The notes: generated by a model not told the origin, from the letters alone. 64,000 nt of DNA from Octopus sinensis (GCF_006345805.1 NC_043009.1:57536001-57600000); one strand, 5' to 3'. Counted from the stretch's first letter, positions 11,783 to 23,711 are shown. Made by a program: numbers and translations.

Positions 11783-12225
11783 GGGATCTTTTCGGTTTGA
11801 ACGGCAGTTTTTTAAAATAATTTCTACGTAACTAAACACTTTTAAACTTCGTATACTGGTAGAATGTGTTTATAAAACATCTTTTTCTCTTGGCTTTATT
11901 GAGAAAATTCTATAGTTTGTAAGATATTTGTTGTTTTTTTTCTTCAATTTCTCCAATTTCAACCAATCAATGACGTCTATTGGGGTGAAAACATTCTGTG
12001 CCGTATGAATATATCCCTCATTTAAGAAACAGATTGGGTTTATTTACATTTCTGAAGAAAAAAAGATACACTTTCCCCCACCCCAACCCTAACCCTACTA
12101 ACCCTAACTAACCCTAACCCTAAAACAGATTGAAATGCAATAGATCGATACTAGGGTCATAATTATGGGTGACAATTTCATATGACATCGCTAGAAAAAA
12201 CTGCCGTTCAAACCGAAAAGATCCC
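11783..12225 (+). mobile_element. MITE with GGGATC TIRs, 6-bp TSD and internal telomere-like repeats
   Basis: TIR GGGATCTTTTCGGTTTGAACGGCAGTTTTT at both ends; AATTCT at 11777-11782 and 12226-12231; CCCTAA repeats near 12081-12125. Confidence 0.85.
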
Positions 12226-12499
12226 AATTCTGATCTATGTGTGTTGTATATTGCTGTCAATAAGTAGATACTATAGGATCCAGTGCACCGACTTGCTCGG
12301 TGGTTATGATGCTACTAAGACGGCTCTGATGCCAACTCTTTTCTGACTTATGAAAACGAATTGGACAACAACAACACACACACACACGCGCGCGCGCAAA
12401 TATATTCCAAATTTAGAGAACTCCCCCTCCCCCAAAAAATAACGAAGACAGTGAAGGAACAACAAGCAGGTATATAAGTTTAACGCTCAGGAAGAATGA

Positions 12500-12540
12500 A
12501 AAAGTCATTGACGTTTCGCGCCTTCGCTCTTCAACAGAAA
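12500..12540 (-). ncRNA. Degenerate hammerhead motif, family H1
   Basis: CTGTTGA-a-GAGC-gaag-GCGC-GAAA-CG-TC. The core A6 is mutated. Flanks resemble those of 15460-15660. Confidence 0.4.
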
Positions 12541-12662
12541 GGAATGAAAGGGGGGAAAAACAGAGAGAGCAAAAAAACAATATGGCGAGAGAAAATATGT
12601 GTAGGGATTAACGGTTCAACATGATGTATATAATAATAATAATACTAATAATAATAATGATG

Positions 12663-12716
<54 letters not shown>

Positions 12717-12793
12717 TGAGGGAATATTATTCCAAACTTACAAGGAAGAAAAGAAATACTAAATCAAAATTCGCAAAATATAATATATATATG

Positions 12794-12901
12794 TAAATTA
12801 GAAAAAAACACCTTTTATCAATTCAACAATGAAAAAATTAAATTATATCAAATTTAATTTTTTCATTGTTGAATTGATAAAAGGTGTTTTTTTCTAATTT
12901 A
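12794..12901. repeat. Perfect hairpin with 51-bp arms
   Basis: Arms at 12794-12844 and 12851-12901; loop ATATCA. Confidence 0.9.
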
Positions 12902-12969
12902 TATATATACACACACACATATATGTACGTATATATATATATATATGCATGTATGTATCTCTATGTCTG

Positions 12970-13049
<80 letters not shown>

Positions 13050-13921
13050 CCTTATATAATTCTTGTACGAATTCCCTGTAAGGAGAAACTGCACTGATGA
13101 TGACCTTACGGATTCAAAGCGTACGTGTGCAGATCAATAGAACTTCAAGTAGGTTAATCGAGTCAGCTTTTGAATTTATTTTTCTCACCTTTTGAATTTA
13201 TTTTCAAATTTTCTAAAAAAAAAAGGAGAAAAGAAAAAGAGAAGCTAGCTTTAAAATGTTAACAAAATAAATTTATTGCTTTAGTAAAGAAGTGAATAAA
13301 AAAAAACAGCATGTATTGTGTGCAAAGGAATTTCAGTCTCAATCTGAAGTCCGTGTTTCGCTATATCTGGCGGACATCATTAATCACAAACGATTTGTAT
13401 CTTTCAGCGTAAGGATAAAAACGTTGATATTCTATATATTTCTGTATAAGCATTAATTCGGAACTGTGTATTCGTTCTGTCGCAACTCTTATTCATCTTC
13501 TTGATACCGCAGAAATAGTGAATAAAGTCTTAGTTCTGAGAATTTAATTATACTCTGCTACATGTTATTGTCTTTATTCATTCCTTTCCTATACAAAACG
13601 TATGTGTGTATGTACATATGTTCGTATGTGCATATATATGTGTGTGTGTGCGTGTGTGTTTGTGTGCGTGTGTATGTGTGTGTGTGCGTGTGTGTGTGTG
13701 CGTGTGTGTGTGTGTGAGTATGTATGTGTATACCAATGAGCACAGAAAGAAGACAATGTCGGAGAAACAAATTTTAACAAACGCATTTGTTTAACGCTTA
13801 AAATGGGGTAAAAGGTCTTGATGTTTCGGATACTAGTCCTTCATTCAAAGAAAGCTGGAAAAGAGAAATCAAAAGGATGAGAAAAGGTAGTTGGAAAATG
13901 TATACAAGTATGTTTATTTAT

Positions 13922-13974
<53 letters not shown>

Positions 13975-14149
13975 TCTGTGTGTGTATATGTGTCTGTATG
14001 CGTGTATGTGTGTGTGTATATATTTTATGTGTTTGTGTATATATATGTATATTTGTGTGTGCGTTTATGTGTATGTAAGTATGTATCGTTTAGGGATAGT
14101 CTACAAATCTAGACGAGAATTTTCTTCTATCTCTTCCAGTGTCTGAAAA

Positions 14150-14700
14150 TGGTAAGCGTCCAGAGTAAATTTCGGTTAGAAAACTGGATTCATCTCCTAA
14201 TTTGACAAAAAGCCATGAATAAGCATGACACCTAAGAAGTGGCGGTGTTATGGTGCTGCACCGAAATTTTAAATTCTCACACCTCAAATCATCCTTTTCT
14301 CTCAGCTTCTCTTTGAAAAATCTGAAGACAACTAAGCAAGATTCTTTGTTAAGCATCTGACCACGCAATGCTAACTCGTAATAAACAACGTCCCTTCTAT
14401 GAAAAGAGACTCAAAATCACCTTCACCTTTGAATGTTGCCAGCGTTCTGTTTAGGTAGAAGCGACGATAAACTAACCAACTGCGACGACCGCCATTTTGT
14501 GTTTCGATATCGTAGACGTACATCCAGGTTTCATGACCTGCAACAACACTTTCCAAGAAGATTTCATCAACATTCGAACGGCCAAAAACCTTCTAGTTGA
14601 CTTTGATTTGTTTCTCTGTTTCCTCATTATAGTTTGTCTGCAAAAGAAGCAGAAATTCTGCGGCAAAAAGATAACATCTTCAATTTTTCTTTAACAATCA
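14150..14700 (-). pseudogene. Decayed mariner transposase
   Basis: VAGHETWMYVYDIET corresponds to the mariner TGDETWVYxYDPET motif; a degenerate LHHDNA region follows; frameshifts and stops. Confidence 0.8.
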
Positions 14701-14951
14701 TGCAACACAAATTTTACAAATACCTACCTTCTTTTTTTTTTTTTTTTTAGAAATATCAGTGAAACAGCGATCGTTCATCTTATATTTGTATCAGTCAAGC
14801 TGGGGCACCACATTAGAGAATTTTAGTGGTACCTTTTGCCGAACAGCTAGCTTACGAGAACGTAAACCGGTGGCCAAATGGTGGCGGTGGACAAACATCG
14901 ATACAAGCACACACTTACATATACATACATACATACACACACATAATAATA

Positions 14952-15017
<66 letters not shown>

Positions 15018-15019
15018 TA

Positions 15020-15129
15020 TGGCACACTAGGCATAACAACAACATGAACTTCCAACCCTGTTGTCTCTTTAGGTCTCTGGGTGAGACTTGGAGCCAACTT
15101 GTACAAATATAAGGCAAAAGTCAAACATA

Positions 15130-15130
<1 letters not shown>
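15020..15130 (+). mobile_element. Probable 3' end of an R4/Dong-type LINE within (AAT)n
   Basis: About 110 bp of unique sequence flanked by (AAT)n on both sides. Confidence 0.45.
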
Positions 15131-15170
<40 letters not shown>

Positions 15171-15521
15171 TAAGGTAAAAATTGATATTAATTTGATCAA
15201 TTTAAACCAGTGGCCTAGGATATTGAAAAAATCTGAATATTCAGAAAAATTATATTATATACACATAAGAAGGATGACCACTAGGTGGACATCCAATATG
15301 CTAAATGTAGGCCACATTTAGCATATTAGATGTCCACCTAATTGTCCTCCCTCTTATATGTATATCTATATCTATATATATATATATATATACAGTATAT
15401 ATATAGAACCACTCTCCTGTCTTTGAAAAACCTTTCTTCACCCATTTCCTTCCGGTCTTTCAAAATGTGACCGCGTGTGTACCGTTGGCAATTTTTTTTC
15501 CTCTGTCTTCCCTTCTCCTAT

Positions 15522-15556
15522 GTTTCCGACGAAGAGCTCCGCTCGAAACGTTAAAC
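15522..15556 (+). ncRNA. Minimal type I hammerhead motif, family H1 (U4C variant)
   Basis: GTTT-CCGACGA-a-GAGC-tcc-GCTC-GAAA-CG-TT-AAAC. Confidence 0.55.
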
Positions 15557-15656
15557 CCTCCTTCTTTCCTTCTTTCCTGAGCGTCCAATAATACTATATT
15601 TGTTCCACGTCCTCGCGTTGTTGTGTCTTTTTGTGCTTTCTTGTTTGGATTAACTT

Positions 15657-15688
<32 letters not shown>

Positions 15689-15868
15689 AGAGCATGACAG
15701 AACTCTTGTGTCACATACCCAACTGGAAACGGTGTTTCCTGGGGCTAAATAGCAGTAGTATTCTTCTCTCTCCTGGAACTGCCGCATTAAGTTGGCAACA
15801 AACCATCGCTATACATTATTTACATTATTTAGATTTGACAGATATTTAACCTCATCTTGTTTGTTGTT

Positions 15869-15914
15869 AACACAAAGTTTCGGCTGATCTATCCTCCAGC
15901 CTTCATCAGGTGTC
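15869..15914 (-). ncRNA. Minimal type I hammerhead motif, family H2
   Basis: GACAC-CTGATGA-a-GGCTG..CAGCC-GAAA-CTTT-GTGTT. The stem III palindrome is mutated. Confidence 0.6.
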
Positions 15915-15976
15915 TTGGGGAAATTTTTGAACCTGGGTTCTCATTACTAAGGTATTTTTCGATGTTATTATTATTA

Positions 15977-16049
<73 letters not shown>

Positions 16050-16051
<2 letters not shown>

Positions 16052-16981
16052 CAACATATCCTTTGACTGACACGCTCTCTCTCTCTAACACATACATAAA
16101 TGTATACAAACGTACATCAAAAACACACGTGTGTGTGCGCGTGCACGTGAGAGAGAGAGAGAGAGGGAGAAAGAGAGAGAGAGAGAAAGTGGCGAAGAGA
16201 GAACATTGCAAATAATGAATGAAATAAAAATTAAATGAAAAAATTGTATAAATATAAGCTCGTTAAAAACTATCTTGTACCGAATATTTGAATTTGTGAA
16301 CTTAGTAAATATTTCTTTCAGTAACGTATCGTAGTTGTTTGCAGATGTTTAATGTACGTTTGTATACGTTTGTAAACCATCACTATGTATATATCCTCTT
16401 ATGTTAAATAGACATGTGTGTGTGTATATTCGCTTTTCACGCTAAAACGGCTGCGCAAATTGCTTCCGTATTTGGGATGCATGACCTCGGATACATGATA
16501 GGGTCTTCAGTTTATTTTTTTAATTAAAAATAAATAATATTGTTTTATATTTATGATTCACTTCTTTAAAAAGGTTTCTCAATATCAACTTCCGGTATTG
16601 ACGTAGCTACGGCGAAATTTTCCGTTTTCATTTGCAAAACTTCTCACTTCCTATTTTAATGTTTTCATTTCAAGTTTTAATTCTCTATTTGCAAATAACT
16701 ACGATACGTTACTGAAAGAAATATTTACTAAGTTCACAAATTCAAATATTCGGTACAAGATAGTTTTTAACGAGCTTTTATTTATACAATTTTTTTCATT
16801 TCATTTTTATTTCATTCATCATTTGCAATGTTCTATCTCTCCTATTTCTCTCTCTCCCCCCTCTCTCTCTCACACACACATATACAAACGCACACACGCG
16901 TGTGTTTTTGATGTACGTTTGTATACATTTATGTATGTGTGAGAGAGTGGGAAGAGAGAGAGAGCGTGTCAGTCAAGGGAT
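16050..16981. repeat. Large foldback element with arms of about 290 bp
   Basis: About 16059-16345 is the reverse complement of about 16686-16981, including the interior microsatellites. Confidence 0.85.
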
Positions 16982-17210
16982 GTGTTGTTATGTATACGTA
17001 CATACATAAATACATATGCATACATCTTTTTGTTTGTATGTGTGCGTGTGTGTATGAATGATTTTGCGTGTGTGTGTGTGTGTATGAGAGAGAGAGAGAG
17101 AGTGACGTCTAAGTGATACTCACACTCTCTCTCACACACACACGCACACATACATACAAAAAAGGTGTATGCATACTTATTTATGCATGTACGTATACAT
17201 AACAACACAC
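16982..17210. repeat. Second, adjacent foldback
   Basis: TGTGTTGTTATGTATACGTACAT... versus ...ATGTACGTATACATAACAACACA; arms of about 70 bp with a few mismatches. Confidence 0.8.
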
Positions 17211-17499
17211 CCCTTCTCTCTCTCTCCCCCTCTCTCTCTCATACACACGTCCATTTCATCTGATGTTTGAGACTGTATGTATATGTGTATGCACGCGTGT
17301 TTGTGCGTGCGTGCGTGGAGCGTTCCACAATCGCCATTTATTTCAATCACTCTTGTGAAGATATCTACGTAACTCATTTTTTCATTTAATTCCCATTTTA
17401 ATTTTCGAGAAAGTTTCCGAGAACAATGTTCTCACTCTCTACAAGACGAGTCGGGGTAGATGTAGACGATCAGTAGTCTACAGTGAAGCAAAGACATGT

Positions 17500-18390
17500 A
17501 CAAGTAGCCAGAGTCAATGTTGAATTTTGCAACTCTGTTAATTCCATTATGTTTGCAAATATATAAACAAAGGTTTAGATGCAGCAACAAGTACTCTTAT
17601 GCAGAACGGCTGTCAGCAAATAAATAGAAATGACCAAGTTGCGCAGTATGACAGGGAAGACACATCAGTTCCAATGAGGTTTTTTGGCGCATCTTCAATT
17701 TTCCCATTCATGAGAGGCATCCAGCCATCATTCATCTAAGTGTCCATCTAGAGCAGTGGTTTTCAACCAGGGTTCCGCCAGTACAGCATAGGGATTCTGC
17801 AAGAAGTTACAAAAATGCTAAAATCGACAGTAATTTTTAATTCTCCTGTGCAGATATGTGTGCATAAGACAATTAAATTATTGCACAGGGGTTCCTCGAG
17901 CCAGTGAAATGTTTTCTTGGGGTTCCACTCCAGCAAAAAGGTTGAAAAGCACTGATCTAGAGAATGGTAACAGAGTTATCTTTACAACCCAAACAGCCTT
18001 GCAACAAACACTTTCTCCAAAAGAAACTAACCTTACTGCTTTTTTAAAGTTGTGTCAAGTAGATAAAGATGCAAAAAGACACCATTACCCACAATTACCC
18101 AAGTATTGCATCTGGAGAAACAATGAGTGGTACCTTGCAAGAATATACAGTGTCTCCCTCGAAGCCAAGCAGAATGCTACTACTTACGGCTCCTTTTGCA
18201 TGAAGTACGTGGTCCCAAATCATTCCAAGATTCGAGGAGGGTAAATGATCATGTGTGTGAAACTTACTGGGAAGCATGCTATCAACAGTTTTTTTTTTTT
18301 TTAGAAAATGATGAGTATTGGGACCTTGCATTGACTGAAGCATCGGTATCAGATTTCCCAAAGAAACCAAACCAAAACTGTTTGTCAAGT
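17500..18390 (+). pseudogene. Helitron Rep/helicase fragment
   Basis: Translated pieces FPIHERHPAIIHLSVHLE|NGNRVIFTT, LTAFLKLCQVD and ECYYLRLLLHEVRGPKSF are typical of Helitron RepHel. Confidence 0.88.
17754..17954 (+). mobile_element. hAT MITE inserted in the Helitron ORF
   Basis: CAGTGGTTTTCAACC ... GGTTGAAAAGCACTG; exact 8-bp TSD ATCTAGAG. Confidence 0.92.
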
Positions 18391-18409
18391 AGACAAAATT
18401 ACACACACA

Positions 18410-18573
18410 CACATATATATATGATAAGCTTCCACACAGTTTCCGTCTACCAAATTCACACACATGGCATTACTCGGACGGTGTTTGTAGTAGAAGCCCA
18501 AGGAACTGTGCAGTGGAACAGAATTGGAAAGTATATGGTTACAAAGTGAACTTCTTAACAACACGTCTAAGCC

Positions 18574-18615
<42 letters not shown>

Positions 18616-18920
18616 AGCAATGCACTCCGGCGTTGCCCGGGTATTATGATCTACAGCCATAATGTATTATTTGTTCCTTTGCTATGGACAGAAATCGTCA
18701 CACGAAGAATATGAAGCAAACCGCTCTTTATAAACATATTTTTCGGTCAGTTTCCACTGAACGATGCTGCAGTTTCCGTCTACGAAATTCAGTCACAAGT
18801 GTGTGGTTGGCCTAGGGCTATTGTAGAAAACACCTTGCCCGAGGTACCATGCAGAGGGTCTGAATGTGGAACCATGTGGTCGGGAAGCAAACTTCTCAAC
18901 CTCACAGTCATTCTTGCACC
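18410..18920 (-). mobile_element. Two degenerate family A SINE fragments
   Basis: TTCCGTCTAC..AAATTCA and ACCATGTGGT..GCAAAC motifs. Confidence 0.6.
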
Positions 18921-20046
18921 TAATGTGTGTGTGTTTACATTTGTTGTTAAATCTGGTATTGTGTCCCACTACGTCTCAAAGTTGGCAGTTCATCAAGTAG
19001 ACTTCTATGAAATAAATGCCAGATTGAAATACGTACTGAGGTCAGTATAACCAATTAAATTTTTGAAGGTGATACACCATCATGGCGACAGACTTAACAC
19101 AGGAAAATGATATTTAAAGACTTAATGGCTTCAAATTTAAGGTAATGGGTTACTAACCACAAGATAATGAATTCAAAACGCCTTATTGAACTCCCATTCT
19201 ATACGATAACACTCTATGTACATCTAAGTCAACTTGACTTCAAACAATTAACAATGGTAATTTGAAGTTGAATGGTTAACCATAAGAAAGATATCCAAAT
19301 TTCTGAAAAAATTATTGTGCAAAATATTCTGACAAAAAGTTTGTTTCACCACAACGAAACGCACACACACAAACACATACACTTACTACACACTTACACA
19401 GCTTACTACAAATAGTAGCCAAATCTATCTTAAAAGACATCCATTCATCAAAAGAAAGACACAGAATTACAGTATTTCTGGAAGAAGAAAAACAAACAAA
19501 CAAACAAAAAAACCCTCAGAAATTATGCGATGTATTTGCTACATAAGAAGCAACTCTGGGCTGAACAAAACACGGACAAAAATACTTCACATTAAAAGAT
19601 TATCTTCTAAATAATACTAAATAAGTTGGCGGTATTTCTTCGAAGTTTCATTCCCTGGTAAAACTCCATGTATTTTAAACATTTTCTCATTGACACATTT
19701 TTTTCTGGCAGAGTTGCTTCTCTTAGTTAAAGACCTCAAAATTGTCGACCCAACCTCATCGTTAAAAAAAAAGTTGTGCAAAAAGCATAGTTTATTTGGA
19801 AGCCAAAAGATTACTGAATCTTTTGATACATCATAAGTCAAAATCGGCAATTCAGTTTTCGAATCCATAAGGAACACACACACAAGCGCGCGCGCACACA
19901 CACACACACACCACCACAGAAACTCTGTTTTATATACATACGCATGCATATATATACATATATAGATGTCTATATAATGTAAGTATATATATATGTATGT
20001 ATGTATATATGTATATAATATTTATATATATATATATAATATATAG

Positions 20047-20090
<44 letters not shown>

Positions 20091-20138
20091 CATATATATA
20101 TGTTATATATATATTATATATATATATGTATATATATA

Positions 20139-20749
20139 GCAATTAAGGACAACTACTTAATAGGAAAACTTAACAAGAAATTGTCAGGTAGATAGCGTGA
20201 AAAACTCATAAGAGAAAAAATTTCGAAAATAATTATCTTATTGAAATATTAATTTATATATAGAGGGCATATACATACATGCCAGAAGGCATTATACATA
20301 CATGCCAAACGCTAAGAGGGACAATTAGTCATTTCTACCAAAAATATTACTAATCCCACCGAATGCAATTTTTCAAAGTAAGACATTTAAAAAAATAGAC
20401 CTGTATCACAGTGATTTCATACTTACGTACTCATCAGCAGGCCTGAATGTATTATAAATAAACAACGACCCTGCCCCGCTTAAGCCGATCAGCTAACTGC
20501 TCAACATCAACGAAGCACATGGGTGAGTTTACATATATTACATCCGGATAAATGGCAAAATTTTACGAATTGCATTCGGGAGGGGAAAAGTTTTTTCGGA
20601 ATAAAAATTTAGCAATTAAGGACAACTACTTAATAAGGAAAACTTAACAAGAAATTGTCAGGTAGATAGCGTGAATTGTCCCTCTTAGCGTTTGGCATGT
20701 ATGTATAATGCCTTCTGGCATGTATGTATAATGCCCTCTATATATAAAT
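20139..20749 (-). mobile_element. Penelope-like non-autonomous cassette with direct and inverted repeats
   Basis: Direct repeat 20139-20201 / 20612-20675; inverted repeat 20252-20326 / 20674-20749; internal hammerhead. Confidence 0.65.
20397..20444 (-). ncRNA. Intact minimal type I hammerhead ribozyme, family H3
   Basis: AGGCCTG-CTGATGA-GTAC-gtaa-GTAT-GAAA-TCAC-t-GTGA-TA-CAGGTCT: 7-bp stem I, GNRA-capped stem II, palindromic stem III and an AUA cleavage triplet. Confidence 0.8.
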
Positions 20750-20794
20750 GTATATATATATATGTATAATATATATATATATATATAATATATA

Positions 20795-20833
<39 letters not shown>

Positions 20834-21579
20834 TAAATATGTATATATGTGTACGTATAAAAGTACGCACACATTCATACACATACACATATGTATACTA
20901 AAAAATATCAAAGAAAATGTAATTCCTACGTCCTGTACAATTATAACGTTATTATAACAATTATATTGTAATTGTTTGTGTTATGATGACATGTAAGAAT
21001 TATTGAAACAATTGTAGGAAGTGAATATTTGAAATATCAACTGATATTGTTTGTTAGTTTTTGATGCAAACACGCACACACACACACACACACACACTAT
21101 CTCTCTCTCCCTCTGACACACATGTATATGTATGTGTGTGAGTGTGTTTTTATGTGTGAGAGTGTTTCAAAAATCCCCGCACGCCATCCTACGCTCTCGT
21201 CATTTATTCCTTTTGCCCATCGTCTTTTTCCTCTCCTCTCTTCTTATTTTTTTGCTCTTTCCGATTTTTCTTACGAGAACCAAAAACCCATCTTCAGTAT
21301 CACTTCTCTCTATTGCGCACTTCTAATGGCCTGGCCTTAACCTTCATCGCATCGCCCCTCTCAAGGGTCTCGTGACCAAAAGAACCACTGCCTGTTTCCA
21401 TGTGTATGTGTACGAGCGCGTAAATGCAATTCTGTGTTGATGAACCTTGCATCTTTCCGCACGTTTCCATTGCTCTCTTTCCCTCTTCTTTCATGCCTAA
21501 GTTAACGGTTAGTTTGTTGTGCATATATGTGCGTGAGCATGTGTGTGTTGCGTGTCTCTGAATCTGTGCACCTGCTAAC

Positions 21580-21615
21580 CTTTATCGCCCTCATTATGTG
21601 CAGTTTTTCCTCCTT
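21580..21615 (-). CDS. Candidate 36-nt micro-exon (KEEKLHIMRAIK)
   Basis: TCTCTTCAG acceptor, AAG|GTTAGC donor, symmetric phase 0, open frame. Confidence 0.3.
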
Positions 21616-21852
21616 CTGAAGAGATCCCGGTCAAAATCCGGCATGTGAGTTCAACCAATCATGTGTCCTTATCACATGATTGGTTGTGTCTTATGCATCC
21701 AGGATCTAGTGTTTTCCGGTGTGAGAAAGGAGCAATGTGGTGGAGAAACTTTGCAGTGACAGCTGACTGGCTCAGCCGTAATAAACAAGACATACATACA
21801 TACATACATACATACATACACATACACATTCACGCATATATGAATCATAGCC

Positions 21853-21895
<43 letters not shown>

Positions 21896-22118
21896 TATAC
21901 ATGCGTAAACATACGCAAATACACATTGTATATATATATATATATGTATCCGTATAATTTATGCGTCTATATATATATATATTTATATATGATATGTGTA
22001 TGTACACACACACACGCGCGCATCAGTAGATAAATACACTCACATATATATATGAACATACGCACATACATGCACACAAATTTCACTTTTTCAATCACTC
22101 GCCATTTCCCTCAATATA

Positions 22119-22151
<33 letters not shown>

Positions 22152-22211
22152 TCACATACATACATGCATGCATTCATATCTGTATGTATATGTATATGTC
22201 TGTATACCTAC

Positions 22212-22248
<37 letters not shown>

Positions 22249-22278
22249 ACATACATACATACATACATACATGCATAC

Positions 22279-22311
<33 letters not shown>

Positions 22312-22319
22312 ATTATATA

Positions 22320-22367
<48 letters not shown>

Positions 22368-22737
22368 ATATAGATGTGTGTGGGTGTGGCACATACGGAC
22401 ATCGACACACATGAAACACATATACGTTGAAAATTATTCTAAAGTGACATGCCTCGACTTTTAGTTGCTCTGACACTCATCGGAAAGTGGTATGTTGTTG
22501 TGACATTTCTGTTCCATCTCTCCGTCGCTGCCCTCCACTTCACCCTTGATCTTTCTTTACCATCTCCCCATGTAGACATGCACATACATACATAGATGCA
22601 TACATGCATACACATGCTTACTTACATATACATGCACGAACATACAGACGCACCTGCGTATGGAAATACATACATACATACGTACATACACATATGCATA
22701 TATGTCTACATATGCGCATATGTATATGTGCATCTAA

Positions 22738-22770
<33 letters not shown>

Positions 22771-23679
22771 ATCTGTCTGTCTGTCTATCTGTCTGTGTAT
22801 GTTCATATGTTTGTATACATATATACACATACATATACGAGTACATATATATATATATATATATATATATCAATATTCAATTTTTGTACATCACACCTAA
22901 TACTCTAAACATATATATGTATATGTATATATACACACACTCACACATATATATAATTATACGAATACAGATACACCCAATTGAAGGAATATTTTTCTTT
23001 CGTTTGTTGCATTATATATATTTTGATTTTTGATTTTGATTTTTCCAGTTTCAGCTAATGAGCTGTGGCCATGCTGGGGCACCGCCATTTTTTGAAAAAT
23101 ATGGAACGCTTCACGAATTTGCGTGTCATCCTTGCGCAAATATATATATATATATATATATACAACGGTAGCCACTACACACATTTTGTTCTCTCCTTGT
23201 TTCTCTCCTTGTTTCTTTCTGTGTCCCTTTCTGTAGAAGAGCGTAGGCTGGAAATATAAAAGACTTTTTTATATTACTGAGCGTTATACTAATACATCTG
23301 TTTGCTTTGTACACCACCTGTCTTCCTCTTTTGTTTGTTTTTTTTCGTAAAATCTCACTATATATATATATGTGTGTGGGGGGGTGGGGGCTGATAAGAT
23401 TGATGTTACATGTAAGTCAAAATTTCATCCCTGCAACACACTATGCAATGTTGATTCCGCCTTAGAATTACATTAAAGGTAATTATGTTTCCGGAATACC
23501 CAACAAATTCATGAAATAACTCGCAAAGCAGTTGAACACCGATTTCCTAATCAATGAAAATCCATTCACTTCTATACACACGCATGTCTACGTTATTTAT
23601 CCATCTATCTATCTATCTATCTATCTATCATCTATCTATATATCTATCTATCTATCTATCTATCTATCTAGTATGTATG

Positions 23680-23711
<32 letters not shown>

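Noticed and set aside
12081-12125. Interstitial telomere or fusion site
   Set aside because: The short CCCTAA run is internal to a MITE and recurs in its relative near 9285-9340.
19617-19870. Open frames on both strands with possible acceptors
   Set aside because: Both strands look equally plausible and neither has a recognisable motif, so no call can be supported.
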